A stretch of DNA of 64,000 nucleotides from Brevundimonas sp. UBA5866 (GCF_002432125.1 NZ_DJFS01000018.1:8137-72136), one strand, 5' to 3'; counted from the first letter of the stretch, positions 9,342-20,000 are shown. Made by a program: numbers and translations. Notes: a model not told the origin generated them from the letters alone.

Positions 9342-10943
9342 ATGACGGACCTACAGCCCGCCACGCCCGAGCCGCCCGCCCGCAAACGTAATGCCTTCAC
9401 CCGCTTTCTGGATACGGTTGAATGGCTGGGAAATCTTCTGCCGCATCCTGTGACGCTGTTCTTTATTTTGGCGGCAGGCATGGTTCTGTTGTCGGGGCTG
9501 TTCGGTTGGTTGGGTGTCGCCGTCGAAGACCCGCGCCCAGCGGGGGCTGCTGGACGGGCCGATGATGGCATGATCCGCGCGGTATCGCTGCTGAGTGCCG
9601 ATGGCGTGCGCCGCATCTTCAGCAGCCTTGTGACCAATTTCACCAGTTTCGCGCCACTGGGCGTGGTGCTGACAGCCATGCTGGGTATCGGCGTAGCGGA
9701 AAAATCCGGTGTCCTTTCGGCGGCGGTGCGCGGCATGGTGCTGGGCGCGTCCAAGAATATGGTGACCGTGGTCATCGTGTTCGCGGGGGTGATGTCCAAT
9801 ACGGCGTCCGAGCTGGGTTATGTGGTCCTGATCCCGCTGGCAGGCGTGGTATATTATTCGCTGGGCCGTCATCCGCTGGCCGGTATGGCGGCGGCATTTG
9901 CCGGTGTATCGGGCGGCTATTCGGCCAATCTTCTGATCGGCACCATCGATCCGCTGCTGGCCGGTATCACCGAGGAAGCCGCGCGGCTGATCGATCCGAC
10001 CTATTCGGTCACGGCGACCGCCAACTGGTATTTCATGGCGGTCTCGACCTTCCTTGTGACCATCGTCGGTTGGGCCGTCAGCACCTATATCGTCGAGCCG
10101 AAACTGGGGGGCTACAACAAGGATGACGCCGACCCGACGGTGTTGGAAAAAGCCAGTGCCGAGCCACTGACCGCGCAGGAGAAGAAGGGCCTGAAGGTCA
10201 CCGGTCTGGTGCTGCTGGGCGTACTGGCGGTCATGCTGCTGACGGTGGTGCCGTCGTGGGGCGTGCTGCGCGATCCGGTGACAGGCGATGCCATGCGCTC
10301 GCCCTTCTTCAGCGGCTTTGCCGTGTGGATCTTTATCTTCTTCCTTGCTATGGGCTGGGCCTATGGCCGTGTGGTCGGGACGGTGAAGACGGACCGCGAC
10401 GTCATCGACGGTATGGCGCAAGCCATGAGTTCGCTGGGTCTTTATCTGGTCATCATCTTCTTTGCCGCCCAGTTCGTGGCCTTCTTCAACTGGTCCAACA
10501 TCGGCTCGATCACGGCGGTGAAGGGCGCCGAGATGCTGGAGACGGCGGGCCTGACCGGACCGATCGTCTTTGTCGGCTTCATCATCATCTGCGCCATCGT
10601 CAACCTGTCGATCGGTTCGGCATCGGCCCAGTGGGCGATGACGGCCCCGATCTTCGTGCCGATGCTGATGCTGGTCGGCTATTCGCCGGAAGTCATCCAG
10701 GCCGCCTACCGGATCGGCGATTCCACCACCAACATCATCACCCCGATGATGAGCTATTTCGGACTTATCCTCGCGTGGGCGGTGCGCTTCGACAAGAAGG
10801 TCGGCATCGGCACCATGATCGCGATGATGCTGCCGTATTCGATCTTCTTCACGATTGCCTGGACGATCCTGTTCTTCCTGTGGGTGTTCGGGTTCGGCCT
10901 GCCGGTGGGGCCGGGGGCACCGACCTTCTACAGCGTGGGCTGA
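9342..10943 (+). CDS. AbgT-family (p-aminobenzoyl-glutamate / antimetabolite) transporter
   Basis: 533-aa polytopic protein whose N-terminal RFLDTVEWLGNLLPHPVTLFFIL and overall composition match the AbgT/MtrF family. Confidence 0.85.
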   Translation: MTDLQPATPEPPARKRNAFTRFLDTVEWLGNLLPHPVTLFFILAAGMVLLSGLFGWLGVAVEDPRPAGAAGRADDGMIRAVSLLSADGVRRIFSSLVTNFTSFAPLGVVLTAMLGIGVAEKSGVLSAAVRGMVLGASKNMVTVVIVFAGVMSNTASELGYVVLIPLAGVVYYSLGRHPLAGMAAAFAGVSGGYSANLLIGTIDPLLAGITEEAARLIDPTYSVTATANWYFMAVSTFLVTIVGWAVSTYIVEPKLGGYNKDDADPTVLEKASAEPLTAQEKKGLKVTGLVLLGVLAVMLLTVVPSWGVLRDPVTGDAMRSPFFSGFAVWIFIFFLAMGWAYGRVVGTVKTDRDVIDGMAQAMSSLGLYLVIIFFAAQFVAFFNWSNIGSITAVKGAEMLETAGLTGPIVFVGFIIICAIVNLSIGSASAQWAMTAPIFVPMLMLVGYSPEVIQAAYRIGDSTTNIITPMMSYFGLILAWAVRFDKKVGIGTMIAMMLPYSIFFTIAWTILFFLWVFGFGLPVGPGAPTFYSVG

Positions 10944-10963
10944 GGCGAACCGAAAATGGAAAA

Positions 10964-10990
10964 GGGCCACCCGTCGGGTGACCCTTTTTT
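10964..10990 (+). terminator. rho-independent terminator after the AbgT gene
   Basis: GGGCCACCC-gtc-GGGTGACCC followed by TTTTTT. Confidence 0.8.
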
Positions 10991-10995
10991 GTGTT

Positions 10996-13900
10996 TCAGT
11001 CTAGGCGGACGCGGATCATTTCGCTGCTGTCGTAATCCTTGTTGGCATCGGGATCGGCGGCAAGGGCTTCGGCCATCAGGCTTTCCCCCTCAGTGACCTG
11101 ACCCGTTTCCTTCAGCATCATGCCAAGGCCGTATCTGGCCTTCTGATTGGCCGGGGCTAACTCCAGAGCGGTGCGATAGGTCGCGACAGCTTCGTCTTCC
11201 CGATTGGTCACATACAGAAGATAGCCGCGGCGGGTATGCAGATCAGCATCGTCTGCCTTCTGCGCGATAGCCCTGTTGCAGGCGTCCAGTGCGGCCTCGC
11301 GGCTATGCGTCATCAGGCGTTCGGAGACGCAGGCTTGAGCCGGTCTGTCGAGGTCGATCTGGGTCAGTTGTTTGAAGCGCGCCCTGTCCGTAGCGGCACC
11401 ACGGGTATCACCGCGCAGATCGCGGATGAGCGCGCGGTTGACCATCAGCGCGGGGAAGTCGGTTTCCACCGACAGGGCATCGGTCAGAATGGCTTCGGCC
11501 TTGGCGGGGTCCTTGGGGGTCAGTTCTGATGCGAAGCGCTGGGCCATGCCGATGAACAATGAGGTCTTGGCATCGGGATAGCCCAAAGCTTCGGCCACGA
11601 GTGCGGTCTGTTCGAGGGCCTGCTGCGGGCGGCCCATGCGAAGCAGAAGGCCGGCCACGGCACCCTTGGCCTCGATGTCCTGCGGCTTGATCGTCACGAC
11701 GCGTTCCAGATCGGCGAGGGCGCGGGTCGTTTGCCCCATCCGTTCATAGGCGGCGGCCCGGCGGTAAAGCGCATAGGTGTTTTCGGGCCACGCATTGATC
11801 GCGCCGGTAAAGGCCAGAAGCGCGTCCAGATCGTCTTCTTCTGTCTCGGCCAGACGGCCCTTGGCATGGAAGAGGATGGTTTCGTTGGGATCGGCGGCCT
11901 CGGCGGCGGCGATGTCCGCGCGGGCCTTGTCCACTTCGTTCAAAGACAGATAGGCGAGGGCACGATTGGCCAAGGCATTGGCGTGGGGCGTCGGGAAGCC
12001 TGCGATAGCGGCATCGAATTGGGCGATCGCGCCAGCGTAGTCGCCTGCGTTGTACAAGGCATAGCCACGACGCAGCGTAGCTTCCGGGTTATCCGCAGGC
12101 GCTTCCGTCAGCGTGGAGCGATCTGCCGCTGTCATGGTGTAGCCGCGGCGCAGACGCATGGTGGCCTTCAGGGTGTTGAAGCTGTCCATGCGCGATTGTT
12201 CGATGGCCCGCTCTGCACCGCTCATATAGGGCCGCAGCGCGATAGAGCCGCGATCCGTTTCCAGTCGGTTGCCGTTGCGTCTTACGGTCCGGAAATAGCG
12301 CGTGGCGCCGGCTTCGACCTCATAGGGCTCAACCGTCAGTTCGAGGGCGTCGTCTTCCTCGGGCAGTATGATGGTGGTCTGGAACGAGGAGGCCGAGGGG
12401 AATGAATTGGCATACAGGGCGTCTTTGAAACGCTCGCCGCGGTGTTCGTCCAGTCCCTTCCATGTGACGTGTGCCAGCGGGATGTTTATGGGGCCGTTGG
12501 ACCAGTCAAAAGCCACCCGTGCGGTGGCACTGGCGACAAACTCGTGGGTGGCCTCGCGGTATTCCCATTGGCTCTTCACGTCGGAAACCTGACCGAAGTC
12601 CTTGAGGAATTTGTTCCAGCGATCGTCATACCAGCGCGTCAGTTCGGTGTTGGGCACCGCGCTGATACCCGATTGCATTTCGGTGGCCGCATTGCCCCGC
12701 CCGTAATCGGTCAGGGTGACGCGGGCAGGGCTGTAGACACCGTCCGAAAAGTCGATCTCGATTTGAAGGGTGGGCTTGGCCTGCGATGGTACCCGCACCG
12801 GGATGTTCTCCAGGCGGGCGCGCTCGACGATGGGCAGGACATATTCGTGCACGATGGACTTGTCCGGCGTCAGGCTGCGGTCACCGATACGCGCGCCATC
12901 CATCAGATAGGTTTCGCCGTTGATAAGCGCCTTGACGATCACATGGTCGAAAGCGCCCACCATCGGCAGGTATTTGTCCAGCGGCAGATTTTCCGATGAG
13001 ACGAGCACCGGAACGGCGTCGATATCCAGTGCCTTCAGTATCGCCACCAGAAGAACGGTCTTGCCCTTGCAATCGCCCTGGCGGCTGGCCCAGACCTCGC
13101 TGGCCGAAGTCGGCAGCCAGCCGCCGTCTCCCAGCGCTATGGCCAGATAGCGCACCTCGTCCTGAACCAGTCGCAGGGCGGCCACGGCGCGCGCTTCGGG
13201 CGTGGCGTGCTCTGCTTTTATCCGCGCGACCTGTGCTGCCAGATCATCGGCAGCCGGCAGGGCGATGGCCTGCTGATAGGCGGGGCGGATGTAGTCCACG
13301 ATGCTTCCCCATTGGGGGATGCTGCTGATCTGCCAGCCGTAATCGGGAATGGAATAGGCGGAAACGGTTTGCGGGAAGGTCTCGGCCTGGACATCGGTCA
13401 GGCGCATGGTCATGACCTTGATGCCGTTCGCTTCCTGGATCGGTGGCAGGGTGGCGTGGGCACCGGCGCGGGTCTGGACCCTTAGAGTGGAAGGCCAACT
13501 GACCGTGGTGACCGCCAGATCCAGAGGAATGGGCGACACGGGCACATTCTGCATCTCCAGCGGATTGCCGAAGATGTCGAACTGCGTCCTGACCGAATAG
13601 GCAAAATCGATCACGTCGCCCACGCGGACGTCGGGTGCCAACAGAACGCCCGTCAGGAAGCCATTGATCTGAAGAGAGGATTCAAGACCTGTTTCACGGC
13701 GCAGTACGGTGAAATCGACCTTGTCAAGAAGCTCGATGGTTTCACCGGCGCGAATAATCCGCGCGTGATGGACCGAGGGCGTCTGTAAGGCGGGATTCCA
13801 TTCCAAGCCCAGCTGCGAGCCGTGTTGCAGCCCCAGCGACGAGAGGATCTTGATCCGCATGCGGATATAGCTCTCGTTGTGCGTCCCAAAATGCCGCACA

Positions 13901-14076
13901 TGGGATTCGGCCAGTTCGTAACGGAGATGCTGGGAAGCATCGTCCGGCATATTGGACAGATGCGGGGCAACCTCCGGCAGCCATTCCGGCGCTGGAGCGC
14001 GCAGGATGGTGTCCCCCGCCATAGCCGGAGAGGCGAGAAGCCACACCGCCGCAGCCATCATCAGTCTGTTTTTCAC
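10996..14076 (-). CDS. secreted DUF3857 / transglutaminase-like / TPR-repeat protein (1026 aa)
   Basis: Signal peptide MKNRLMMAAAVWLLASPAMA. Transglutaminase-like core RQGDCKGKTVLLVAILKALDIDAVPVLV...FDHVIVKALINGETYLMD (Cys-His-Asp). The C-terminal half contains repeated TPR-like A/L/Y-rich 34-mers. Confidence 0.8.
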   Translation of the reverse strand: MKNRLMMAAAVWLLASPAMAGDTILRAPAPEWLPEVAPHLSNMPDDASQHLRYELAESHVRHFGTHNESYIRMRIKILSSLGLQHGSQLGLEWNPALQTPSVHHARIIRAGETIELLDKVDFTVLRRETGLESSLQINGFLTGVLLAPDVRVGDVIDFAYSVRTQFDIFGNPLEMQNVPVSPIPLDLAVTTVSWPSTLRVQTRAGAHATLPPIQEANGIKVMTMRLTDVQAETFPQTVSAYSIPDYGWQISSIPQWGSIVDYIRPAYQQAIALPAADDLAAQVARIKAEHATPEARAVAALRLVQDEVRYLAIALGDGGWLPTSASEVWASRQGDCKGKTVLLVAILKALDIDAVPVLVSSENLPLDKYLPMVGAFDHVIVKALINGETYLMDGARIGDRSLTPDKSIVHEYVLPIVERARLENIPVRVPSQAKPTLQIEIDFSDGVYSPARVTLTDYGRGNAATEMQSGISAVPNTELTRWYDDRWNKFLKDFGQVSDVKSQWEYREATHEFVASATARVAFDWSNGPINIPLAHVTWKGLDEHRGERFKDALYANSFPSASSFQTTIILPEEDDALELTVEPYEVEAGATRYFRTVRRNGNRLETDRGSIALRPYMSGAERAIEQSRMDSFNTLKATMRLRRGYTMTAADRSTLTEAPADNPEATLRRGYALYNAGDYAGAIAQFDAAIAGFPTPHANALANRALAYLSLNEVDKARADIAAAEAADPNETILFHAKGRLAETEEDDLDALLAFTGAINAWPENTYALYRRAAAYERMGQTTRALADLERVVTIKPQDIEAKGAVAGLLLRMGRPQQALEQTALVAEALGYPDAKTSLFIGMAQRFASELTPKDPAKAEAILTDALSVETDFPALMVNRALIRDLRGDTRGAATDRARFKQLTQIDLDRPAQACVSERLMTHSREAALDACNRAIAQKADDADLHTRRGYLLYVTNREDEAVATYRTALELAPANQKARYGLGMMLKETGQVTEGESLMAEALAADPDANKDYDSSEMIRVRLD

Positions 14077-14145
14077 GGGATATCCTGCCGTTATGTTGCC
14101 ATAATCCGACTAACAGAACTGCAGGGCGGGGAATAGGGATGTGAC

Positions 14146-15051
14146 CTATTTGGAGCCGCGCTTCCGGATCAGGCCTTCCTGGGCGACGCTGGCGACCAGC
14201 TTTCCGTCGCGGGTGAAGATCTGGCCACGGTTGAAGCCACGTCCGCACGAGGCCGAGGGGCTGTCAGTGACGTACAGCAGCCAGTCGTCGGCGCGGAAGT
14301 CGTTGTGGAACCAGATGGCGTGGTCGAGGCTGGCAACCTGATAGGCCGGATCGAAAAAGCTGACGGCGTGAGGCAGGCCGCACGTGCTGAGCAGGGTCAT
14401 GTCCGAGGCATAGGCCAGAACGGCACGGTGCATGGCCGCATCGTCACCCAGCGCGCTGGCGGTACGGAACCACGAGGCATGGCGCGGCTCTTCCGGTGTC
14501 GGCGCCAGAGGATTGCGGACATAGACATGCCGGAACTCGATGGAGCGCGGGCGCAGGGCATAGTCACGCAAGCTGTCGGGCAGATGGTCTGCGACGGCGC
14601 GCCACAGATCGATTTCGGGCACCAGTTCCTCAGGCGCTGGGACAGCCGGCATCCGATCCTGATGCTCGAAACCGGTTTCTGGAACCTGGAATGACAGCAG
14701 CATATTCAGGATCGGCTCGCCGCCCTGCGAGGCGATGACGCGGCGGGTCGAGAAGGTGCGGCCATCATGGTCGCGGGCCACGCGATAAATGATCGGTCTG
14801 CCCTCTTGGCCCGGGCGCATGAAGTAACAGTGAAGGGAGTGGCAGGTGCCGCCCTCGACCGTTTGCTGGGCGGCCTGAAGAGCCTGTGCCACCACCTGGC
14901 CGCCATAAACCCGTCCCTTGCCGCCGGGCAGCGGGATGCCGCGATAAAGGTCTGTATCCAGCGTCTCGACGGTCAGCAGTTCAACCAGCGCATCGACGCG
15001 CGCCGGAGCCGAAGGCGAGGAAGGGTCCTTGGGGGAGGGCAGTTCAGTCAT
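14146..15051 (-). CDS. tesB: acyl-CoA thioesterase II
   Basis: Double hot-dog thioesterase II signature (LYRGIPLPGGKGRVYGGQVVAQAL ... HSLHCYFMRPG ... ASLDHAIWFH). ATG at 15051 (MTELPSPKD) is preferred over the track start at 15090. Confidence 0.85.
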   Translation of the reverse strand: MTELPSPKDPSSPSAPARVDALVELLTVETLDTDLYRGIPLPGGKGRVYGGQVVAQALQAAQQTVEGGTCHSLHCYFMRPGQEGRPIIYRVARDHDGRTFSTRRVIASQGGEPILNMLLSFQVPETGFEHQDRMPAVPAPEELVPEIDLWRAVADHLPDSLRDYALRPRSIEFRHVYVRNPLAPTPEEPRHASWFRTASALGDDAAMHRAVLAYASDMTLLSTCGLPHAVSFFDPAYQVASLDHAIWFHNDFRADDWLLYVTDSPSASCGRGFNRGQIFTRDGKLVASVAQEGLIRKRGSK

Positions 15052-15270
15052 CAGGCCTAAGAAATCCCGGCATCGAAAGGGAGGTTGCAATCATCGGCCC
15101 AGACACCTTGCGGTGCAAGCAAAAGCCGCTTCTTGACCCGGGGTAAGGCTCGGAAGAATGGCGGGAATTCGGAAAGGAAAGCGGGCCGCCCCGCTTCGGA
15201 GCGAACTTCCGGTCCCTAACTAGCAGCGGCTTTGTTCGGGGTGCGCAAAATCTTGCAACGATCACTGTCT

Positions 15271-15292
15271 ATTCCGCGCTTGGGCGCGGAAT
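15271..15292. promoter_or_regulatory. perfect 9-bp-arm hairpin/palindrome ATTCCGCGC-ttgg-GCGCGGAAT upstream of the second TonB-dependent receptor
   Basis: Read directly. It lies in the 350-bp AT-richer intergenic region about 150 bp upstream of the receptor start. Function unknown. Confidence 0.3.
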
Positions 15293-15440
15293 ATTTGCCT
15301 AATTTCGGCAGATATAGAAACGAAATAGCGCAAAATCGATCTTGAAACTGTCCATTGTGCGAACAGTCTTTCTTTCGCGGCAGCGAAAAGCGTACCGCAA
15401 TGCGAAGCCCTGAACCGACCAGGTAAGGGGAGAGTCGCGT

Positions 15441-18400
15441 ATGCGTATGGCAGGTCGTCATTCCAAAAGACGTCTGGCACATCGTGCTATTCTATCGGGG
15501 GCGTGTGCCTATGCGGCGCTTTCGGCGGGGGCGGCACTGGCACAGGACGCCGTCGATGGAGAGCAGGCGGTTCAGGTGAGCGAGATTGTCGTCACCGGCT
15601 CGCGCATCGCGCGCCGCGACTATGCCTCCAACAGCCCGCTGACTTCGGTGACGGCAGAGGCCATCGAAAACACCGGGCAGGTGACGGTTGAAAAGGCCCT
15701 GACCCAAATGCCCCAGTTTGCGGGCGCTATGGGCCAGAGCACTTCGGGCTCTTCCTCGACGGCTCTGAACGGGGGGCAGGCCTATGCCAGCCTTCGCGGT
15801 CTGGGCTCCAAACGCACGCTGATCCTGCTGGATGGCAAGCGCCTCCAGCCATCGAACCCCGACGGCTCGGTGGATCTGAACATCATCCCCGAAGCCCTGA
15901 TCGGCAATGTTGAGGTCATCACCGGCGGGGCCTCGACCGCCTATGGTTCGGATGCCACCGCAGGCGTGGTCAACTTCCGTCTCAAGCGCGATTTCTCAGG
16001 CGTTACGGTCGCGTCCCAGTATGGCGTTTCGGACTATGGCGACGGCGAGAGCTTCCGCCTGTCGGTGACGGCGGGTGACCGCTTTGCCGATGATCGCGGC
16101 CGGGCCGTCATTTCTCTGGACTATTCGATGCGCGACGTGGCCCTGCAGGCCGAGCGCGACTATTATTACCGCCGCAACCGCCAGTCCAGCACTGCCATCA
16201 TCGCCCAGGGCACCGCCTGGTTCGGCACCAACCGCCCGACGATCGCGGCGGTGAACGATCTGTTCGTCGGCCGGTATGGTGCCGCACCCATCGCGGGCGT
16301 CGGCGGTTTCTACAATGGCCAGATCGGCTTCAATACCGGGGACCGGACGGTGTTCAACCTGGGCACCTCGGCACCTGTCTCCAACCTGCGCGATGAAGAG
16401 AATGACGGGGCGTTCCTGAACGCTGCGGGCACCAACATGCTGTGGGGATGGACCCAGAACAGCGTGCAGAACGACAACCAGCGCTATTCGCTGTTCTCGC
16501 GCGTGGACTATGAGCTGGCCCCCAACCTCGACTTCTTCATCCAGGGGACCCTGACCAGCTATGAGTCCGAGGGTATTTTCAATCCCACGCTGGCGGGTCT
16601 GGCCTATGCGCTCAGCGTGCCGGTGACCAACCCCTATATCGGTGCTGACTTTGCCGGACTGTTGGCTTCGCGGCCTGATCCGACGGCGGATTTTTCCTTT
16701 TGGAAGGACCTCGATTTCGCGGGCAAGCGCCTGCAGAAATATGCCTATGACGTCTATCAGTTCATCGGCGGCCTGTCGGGCGATGTGGGTTTCAAGGATT
16801 GGACGTGGGAAGCCTATGCGGCGGTCTCGCGCTCGGACTTCGAGAATGTGCAGGCGGGCGGGGTTTCGCGTTCGGCCATCAGCCGGCTGCTCTACAGCCC
16901 GACGGGTGGGGCCGATCTGTGCGCGGGCGGCTTCAATCCGTTCGGTGCCCATGCGCCGTCGGCAGAATGCGTGAACTATGTCACCCGCCGCACCAAGAAC
17001 ACCAATGAGCTGACCCAGCGCATGGCCGAGGCCAGCGTGACCGGCGGCCTGTTCGAACTGCCTGCGGGCGAGGTGCGTTTCGCGGCGGGTGTGGGCTATC
17101 GCTACAACGACTTCGCCTTCGAGCCGGATACGCTGCTGGCACAGCCGGACGGCACCAGCGACGTTCTGGGCTATTCCGAACTGCGTCCTTCGTCGGGCGA
17201 TGTGGATGCGACCGAAATCTTCGCCGAGTTCCTCGTTCCGGTCCTCAAGGACCTGCCGCTAGTGAAACTGCTGGAAGTCGATCTGGGCTATCGCTATTCC
17301 AACTATAGCTCGGTCGGTGGTGTCCAGGCCTATAAGGCGGACATCAACTGGGAGGTGAACGACACCCTGCGCCTGCGCGGCGGCTATAACCGCGCCGTGC
17401 GTGCCCCCAGCGTGGGCGAGCTTTACGCCCCGATCTCGACCGCGACCGTCACCATCGGCACTGCCACACCGGCCAATACCGACGGCGATCCGTGCGACAC
17501 CCGCTCTTCCTTCCGCCAGGGTCCGAACGGCCAGAAGGTCGCCGACCTCTGCGTTGCTCTGGGCGTGCCGGAAACGATCATTGACACCTATCAGTTCGGC
17601 GCGGCACAGGTCTTTGCACTGACCGGCGGCAATCCCGATCTTCAGGAAGAAACGGCGGATACCTATTCGCTGGGCGCGGTCATTTCGCCCAGCTTTGACT
17701 CGCCGTGGCTGAGCAATATCACCGCCTCGGTCGACTGGTACCAGATCAAGGTGGCCGACGCCGTGGGGACGCTGGGTGTCGGCAATGCCATCCGCTATTG
17801 CTTCAATGACGGCGGCAACAACCCGACCTACGACAGGAACAACTATTACTGCCAGTTGCAGGACCGCAGCACGGTTGACGGCAATATGGTCAATCCGCTG
17901 CAACCTCTGCTGAACCTCGGCGCGTTCAATGTGACGGGTGTGGACCTGCAGTTCGACTGGCGTCTTCATCTGTCCGACCTGGGATTTGGCGATACCGGCA
18001 CGGTGACGCTGGGCTCGGCGGTATCCTATCTCCAGAGCTTCGAGATCCAGGCTCTGCCGGGGCCACCGGTCTATGACTATGCCGGGACCTGGGGCACCGC
18101 GATCGAGGCCAATGCCGGTCAGGCCCACCCCGAGTGGAAGGCCGTCACCAGCGTCGGCTATTCGCGCGACGGCTGGAACGTCGGCCTGCGCTGGCGGCAT
18201 ACCTCGGAGATGATCCATTCGGCGCGGGTGACCTCGCCGAACAGCACGACACGCGGGGTGGATGCCTATGATGTGTTCGACCTGAACGCCCGTGTGGACC
18301 TGCCGTGGCAGACTTCGTTGCGCTTTACAGTCACCAACCTGTTCAACACGGCACCGCCACAGGTCGGCGATGTGCGCGGAACCTATGACCCGCAGAACTA

Positions 18401-18449
18401 TGACGTTCTGGGCCGCTACTATTCGGTCGCGGTGACCAAGACGTTCTGA
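15441..18449 (+). CDS. TonB-dependent receptor (1002 aa)
   Basis: Signal peptide, plug motif QVSEIVVTGSRIARRDYASNSPLTSV, a long beta-barrel and the C-terminal YYSVAVTKTF. Confidence 0.9.
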   Translation: MRMAGRHSKRRLAHRAILSGACAYAALSAGAALAQDAVDGEQAVQVSEIVVTGSRIARRDYASNSPLTSVTAEAIENTGQVTVEKALTQMPQFAGAMGQSTSGSSSTALNGGQAYASLRGLGSKRTLILLDGKRLQPSNPDGSVDLNIIPEALIGNVEVITGGASTAYGSDATAGVVNFRLKRDFSGVTVASQYGVSDYGDGESFRLSVTAGDRFADDRGRAVISLDYSMRDVALQAERDYYYRRNRQSSTAIIAQGTAWFGTNRPTIAAVNDLFVGRYGAAPIAGVGGFYNGQIGFNTGDRTVFNLGTSAPVSNLRDEENDGAFLNAAGTNMLWGWTQNSVQNDNQRYSLFSRVDYELAPNLDFFIQGTLTSYESEGIFNPTLAGLAYALSVPVTNPYIGADFAGLLASRPDPTADFSFWKDLDFAGKRLQKYAYDVYQFIGGLSGDVGFKDWTWEAYAAVSRSDFENVQAGGVSRSAISRLLYSPTGGADLCAGGFNPFGAHAPSAECVNYVTRRTKNTNELTQRMAEASVTGGLFELPAGEVRFAAGVGYRYNDFAFEPDTLLAQPDGTSDVLGYSELRPSSGDVDATEIFAEFLVPVLKDLPLVKLLEVDLGYRYSNYSSVGGVQAYKADINWEVNDTLRLRGGYNRAVRAPSVGELYAPISTATVTIGTATPANTDGDPCDTRSSFRQGPNGQKVADLCVALGVPETIIDTYQFGAAQVFALTGGNPDLQEETADTYSLGAVISPSFDSPWLSNITASVDWYQIKVADAVGTLGVGNAIRYCFNDGGNNPTYDRNNYYCQLQDRSTVDGNMVNPLQPLLNLGAFNVTGVDLQFDWRLHLSDLGFGDTGTVTLGSAVSYLQSFEIQALPGPPVYDYAGTWGTAIEANAGQAHPEWKAVTSVGYSRDGWNVGLRWRHTSEMIHSARVTSPNSTTRGVDAYDVFDLNARVDLPWQTSLRFTVTNLFNTAPPQVGDVRGTYDPQNYDVLGRYYSVAVTKTF

Positions 18450-18456
18450 TGGACGT

Positions 18457-18490
18457 GGGAGCCGCGACTATTTGCGGCTCCCTTTTGCGT
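18457..18490 (+). terminator. rho-independent terminator after the TBDR
   Basis: GGGAGCCGC-(8 nt)-GCGGCTCCC followed by TTTTGCGTTT. Confidence 0.8.
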
Positions 18491-18570
18491 TTCCGGTGGA
18501 CGAAGCTTCACGGGCAAGGCGAGAGTGATGTTCTTGGGACAGCGCCATCGGCGCTGTGGAGGAGGAAAGT

Positions 18571-19869
18571 ATGAAAGTTTCGATGAAGAAGGGTCTGGCT
18601 GCCGGTGTGGTCGCAGCGCTGTTGGCTTCTGCGGGGGCGGCCTTTGCGGGCGAGGTCTCCTACATCCACGCAGGCCGCGTTCTGGCCGATCCGGCAACGG
18701 GCCGTGTGGCCGAGCGCCAGACGCTGGTGATCGAGGATGGCAAGGTCAAGGAAATCCGCGACGGCTTCGTCGGCGAGGGCAATGTCGTTGACCTGTCCGG
18801 CAAGTTCGTCCTGCCGGGCTTCATCGACAGCCACGTTCACCTGAACGGCCAGCAAGGCGACGGTGACCGTGCATCGCGGTTCACCACGACCTCGGCCGAT
18901 GCCGCCCTTCGTGGCGCCCAATACGCCAAGATCACCCTTGAATCGGGCTTTACGACCGTGGCGGATCTGGGGGGCAATATCGATGCCGTTGTCGGCCTGC
19001 GCAATGCCATCGCCCAAGGCCGTGTACCGGGCCCGCGCATCCTGGCCTCGGCCGGTACGGTGACCCCGCACGGCGGTCATGGCGATGCCAATGGCGTGCC
19101 GGAATCGCTGGTGCCGCACCTGCGCTCGTCGGGCGTCTGTTCGGGGCCGGACGACTGCCGCCGCGCTGTGCGTGAACGTGTCCGCTCCGGTGCAGACATC
19201 ATCAAGATCACGGCCACGGGCGGGGTTCTGTCCGACACCGGCGCGGGCCTGAACCAACAGTTCGCGGACGAGGAACTGCGCGCCATTGTCGAGACCGCCC
19301 ACTTCATGGGCCGTCAGGTCACCGCCCACGCCCACGGCACGGACGGCATCAACAGCTTCCTGCGGGCCGGTGGTGACTCGATAGAGCACGGCACCTTCCT
19401 CGACAACGAAACCATCCGCATGCTGAAGGCCAATGGCGGCTATCTGGTCCCGACCCTGCTGGCCGGCGATTTCGTTGCCCGTGAAGCCGTGCGTCCGGGC
19501 AATACCTTCACCGAGCACCAGCGCAAGAAGTCGTTGGAGGCCGGTCCGCTGATGCTGGACATGGCGCGCCGCGCCCACGCCGCGGGCGTCAAGATCGCTT
19601 TCGGTACCGACAACGGCGTGGCCCCGCACGGCACCAATGCCCGTGAGTTCCAACTGCTGGTGCAGGCGGGCCTGACCCCGCTGGAAGCCATCCAGACCGC
19701 GACGATCAATGCCGCCGACCACTTCCGTCTGGGTGACCAGATCGGCCGCATCACCGCAGGCTACAATGCCGACATCATCGCTGTCGAAGGCAATCCGCTG
19801 GAAGACGTGACCACCCTGATGGACGTCAACTTCGTCATGCGTGCGGGCAAAATCTACAAGCAGCAATAA
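18571..19869 (+). CDS. secreted metal-dependent amidohydrolase (imidazolonepropionase/Xaa-Pro-dipeptidase-like superfamily)
   Basis: Signal peptide MKVSMKKGLAAGVVAALLASAGAAFA after the SD GGAGGA. HxH metal site GFIDSHVHL, then later H (TAHAHG) and D (AFGTDNG) ligands. Probably functions with the upstream TBDR. Confidence 0.85.
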   Translation: MKVSMKKGLAAGVVAALLASAGAAFAGEVSYIHAGRVLADPATGRVAERQTLVIEDGKVKEIRDGFVGEGNVVDLSGKFVLPGFIDSHVHLNGQQGDGDRASRFTTTSADAALRGAQYAKITLESGFTTVADLGGNIDAVVGLRNAIAQGRVPGPRILASAGTVTPHGGHGDANGVPESLVPHLRSSGVCSGPDDCRRAVRERVRSGADIIKITATGGVLSDTGAGLNQQFADEELRAIVETAHFMGRQVTAHAHGTDGINSFLRAGGDSIEHGTFLDNETIRMLKANGGYLVPTLLAGDFVAREAVRPGNTFTEHQRKKSLEAGPLMLDMARRAHAAGVKIAFGTDNGVAPHGTNAREFQLLVQAGLTPLEAIQTATINAADHFRLGDQIGRITAGYNADIIAVEGNPLEDVTTLMDVNFVMRAGKIYKQQ

Positions 19870-19890
19870 GCCGCTCGAGAGACAGGGCAG

Positions 19891-19928
19891 GGGCCGCCTT
19901 CCGAAAGGAGGGCGGCCCTTTTCCTTTT
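19891..19928 (+). terminator. rho-independent terminator after the amidohydrolase gene
   Basis: GGGCCGCC-(12 nt)-GGCGGCCC followed by TTTTCCTTTT. Confidence 0.8.
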
Positions 19929-20000
19929 GGCGGGGGCGCAATCACCCGCGATTTGCTGTAGGGGGTGCGCCCCCCTGTTTCTGCCTGCCGGATCAAGCCT

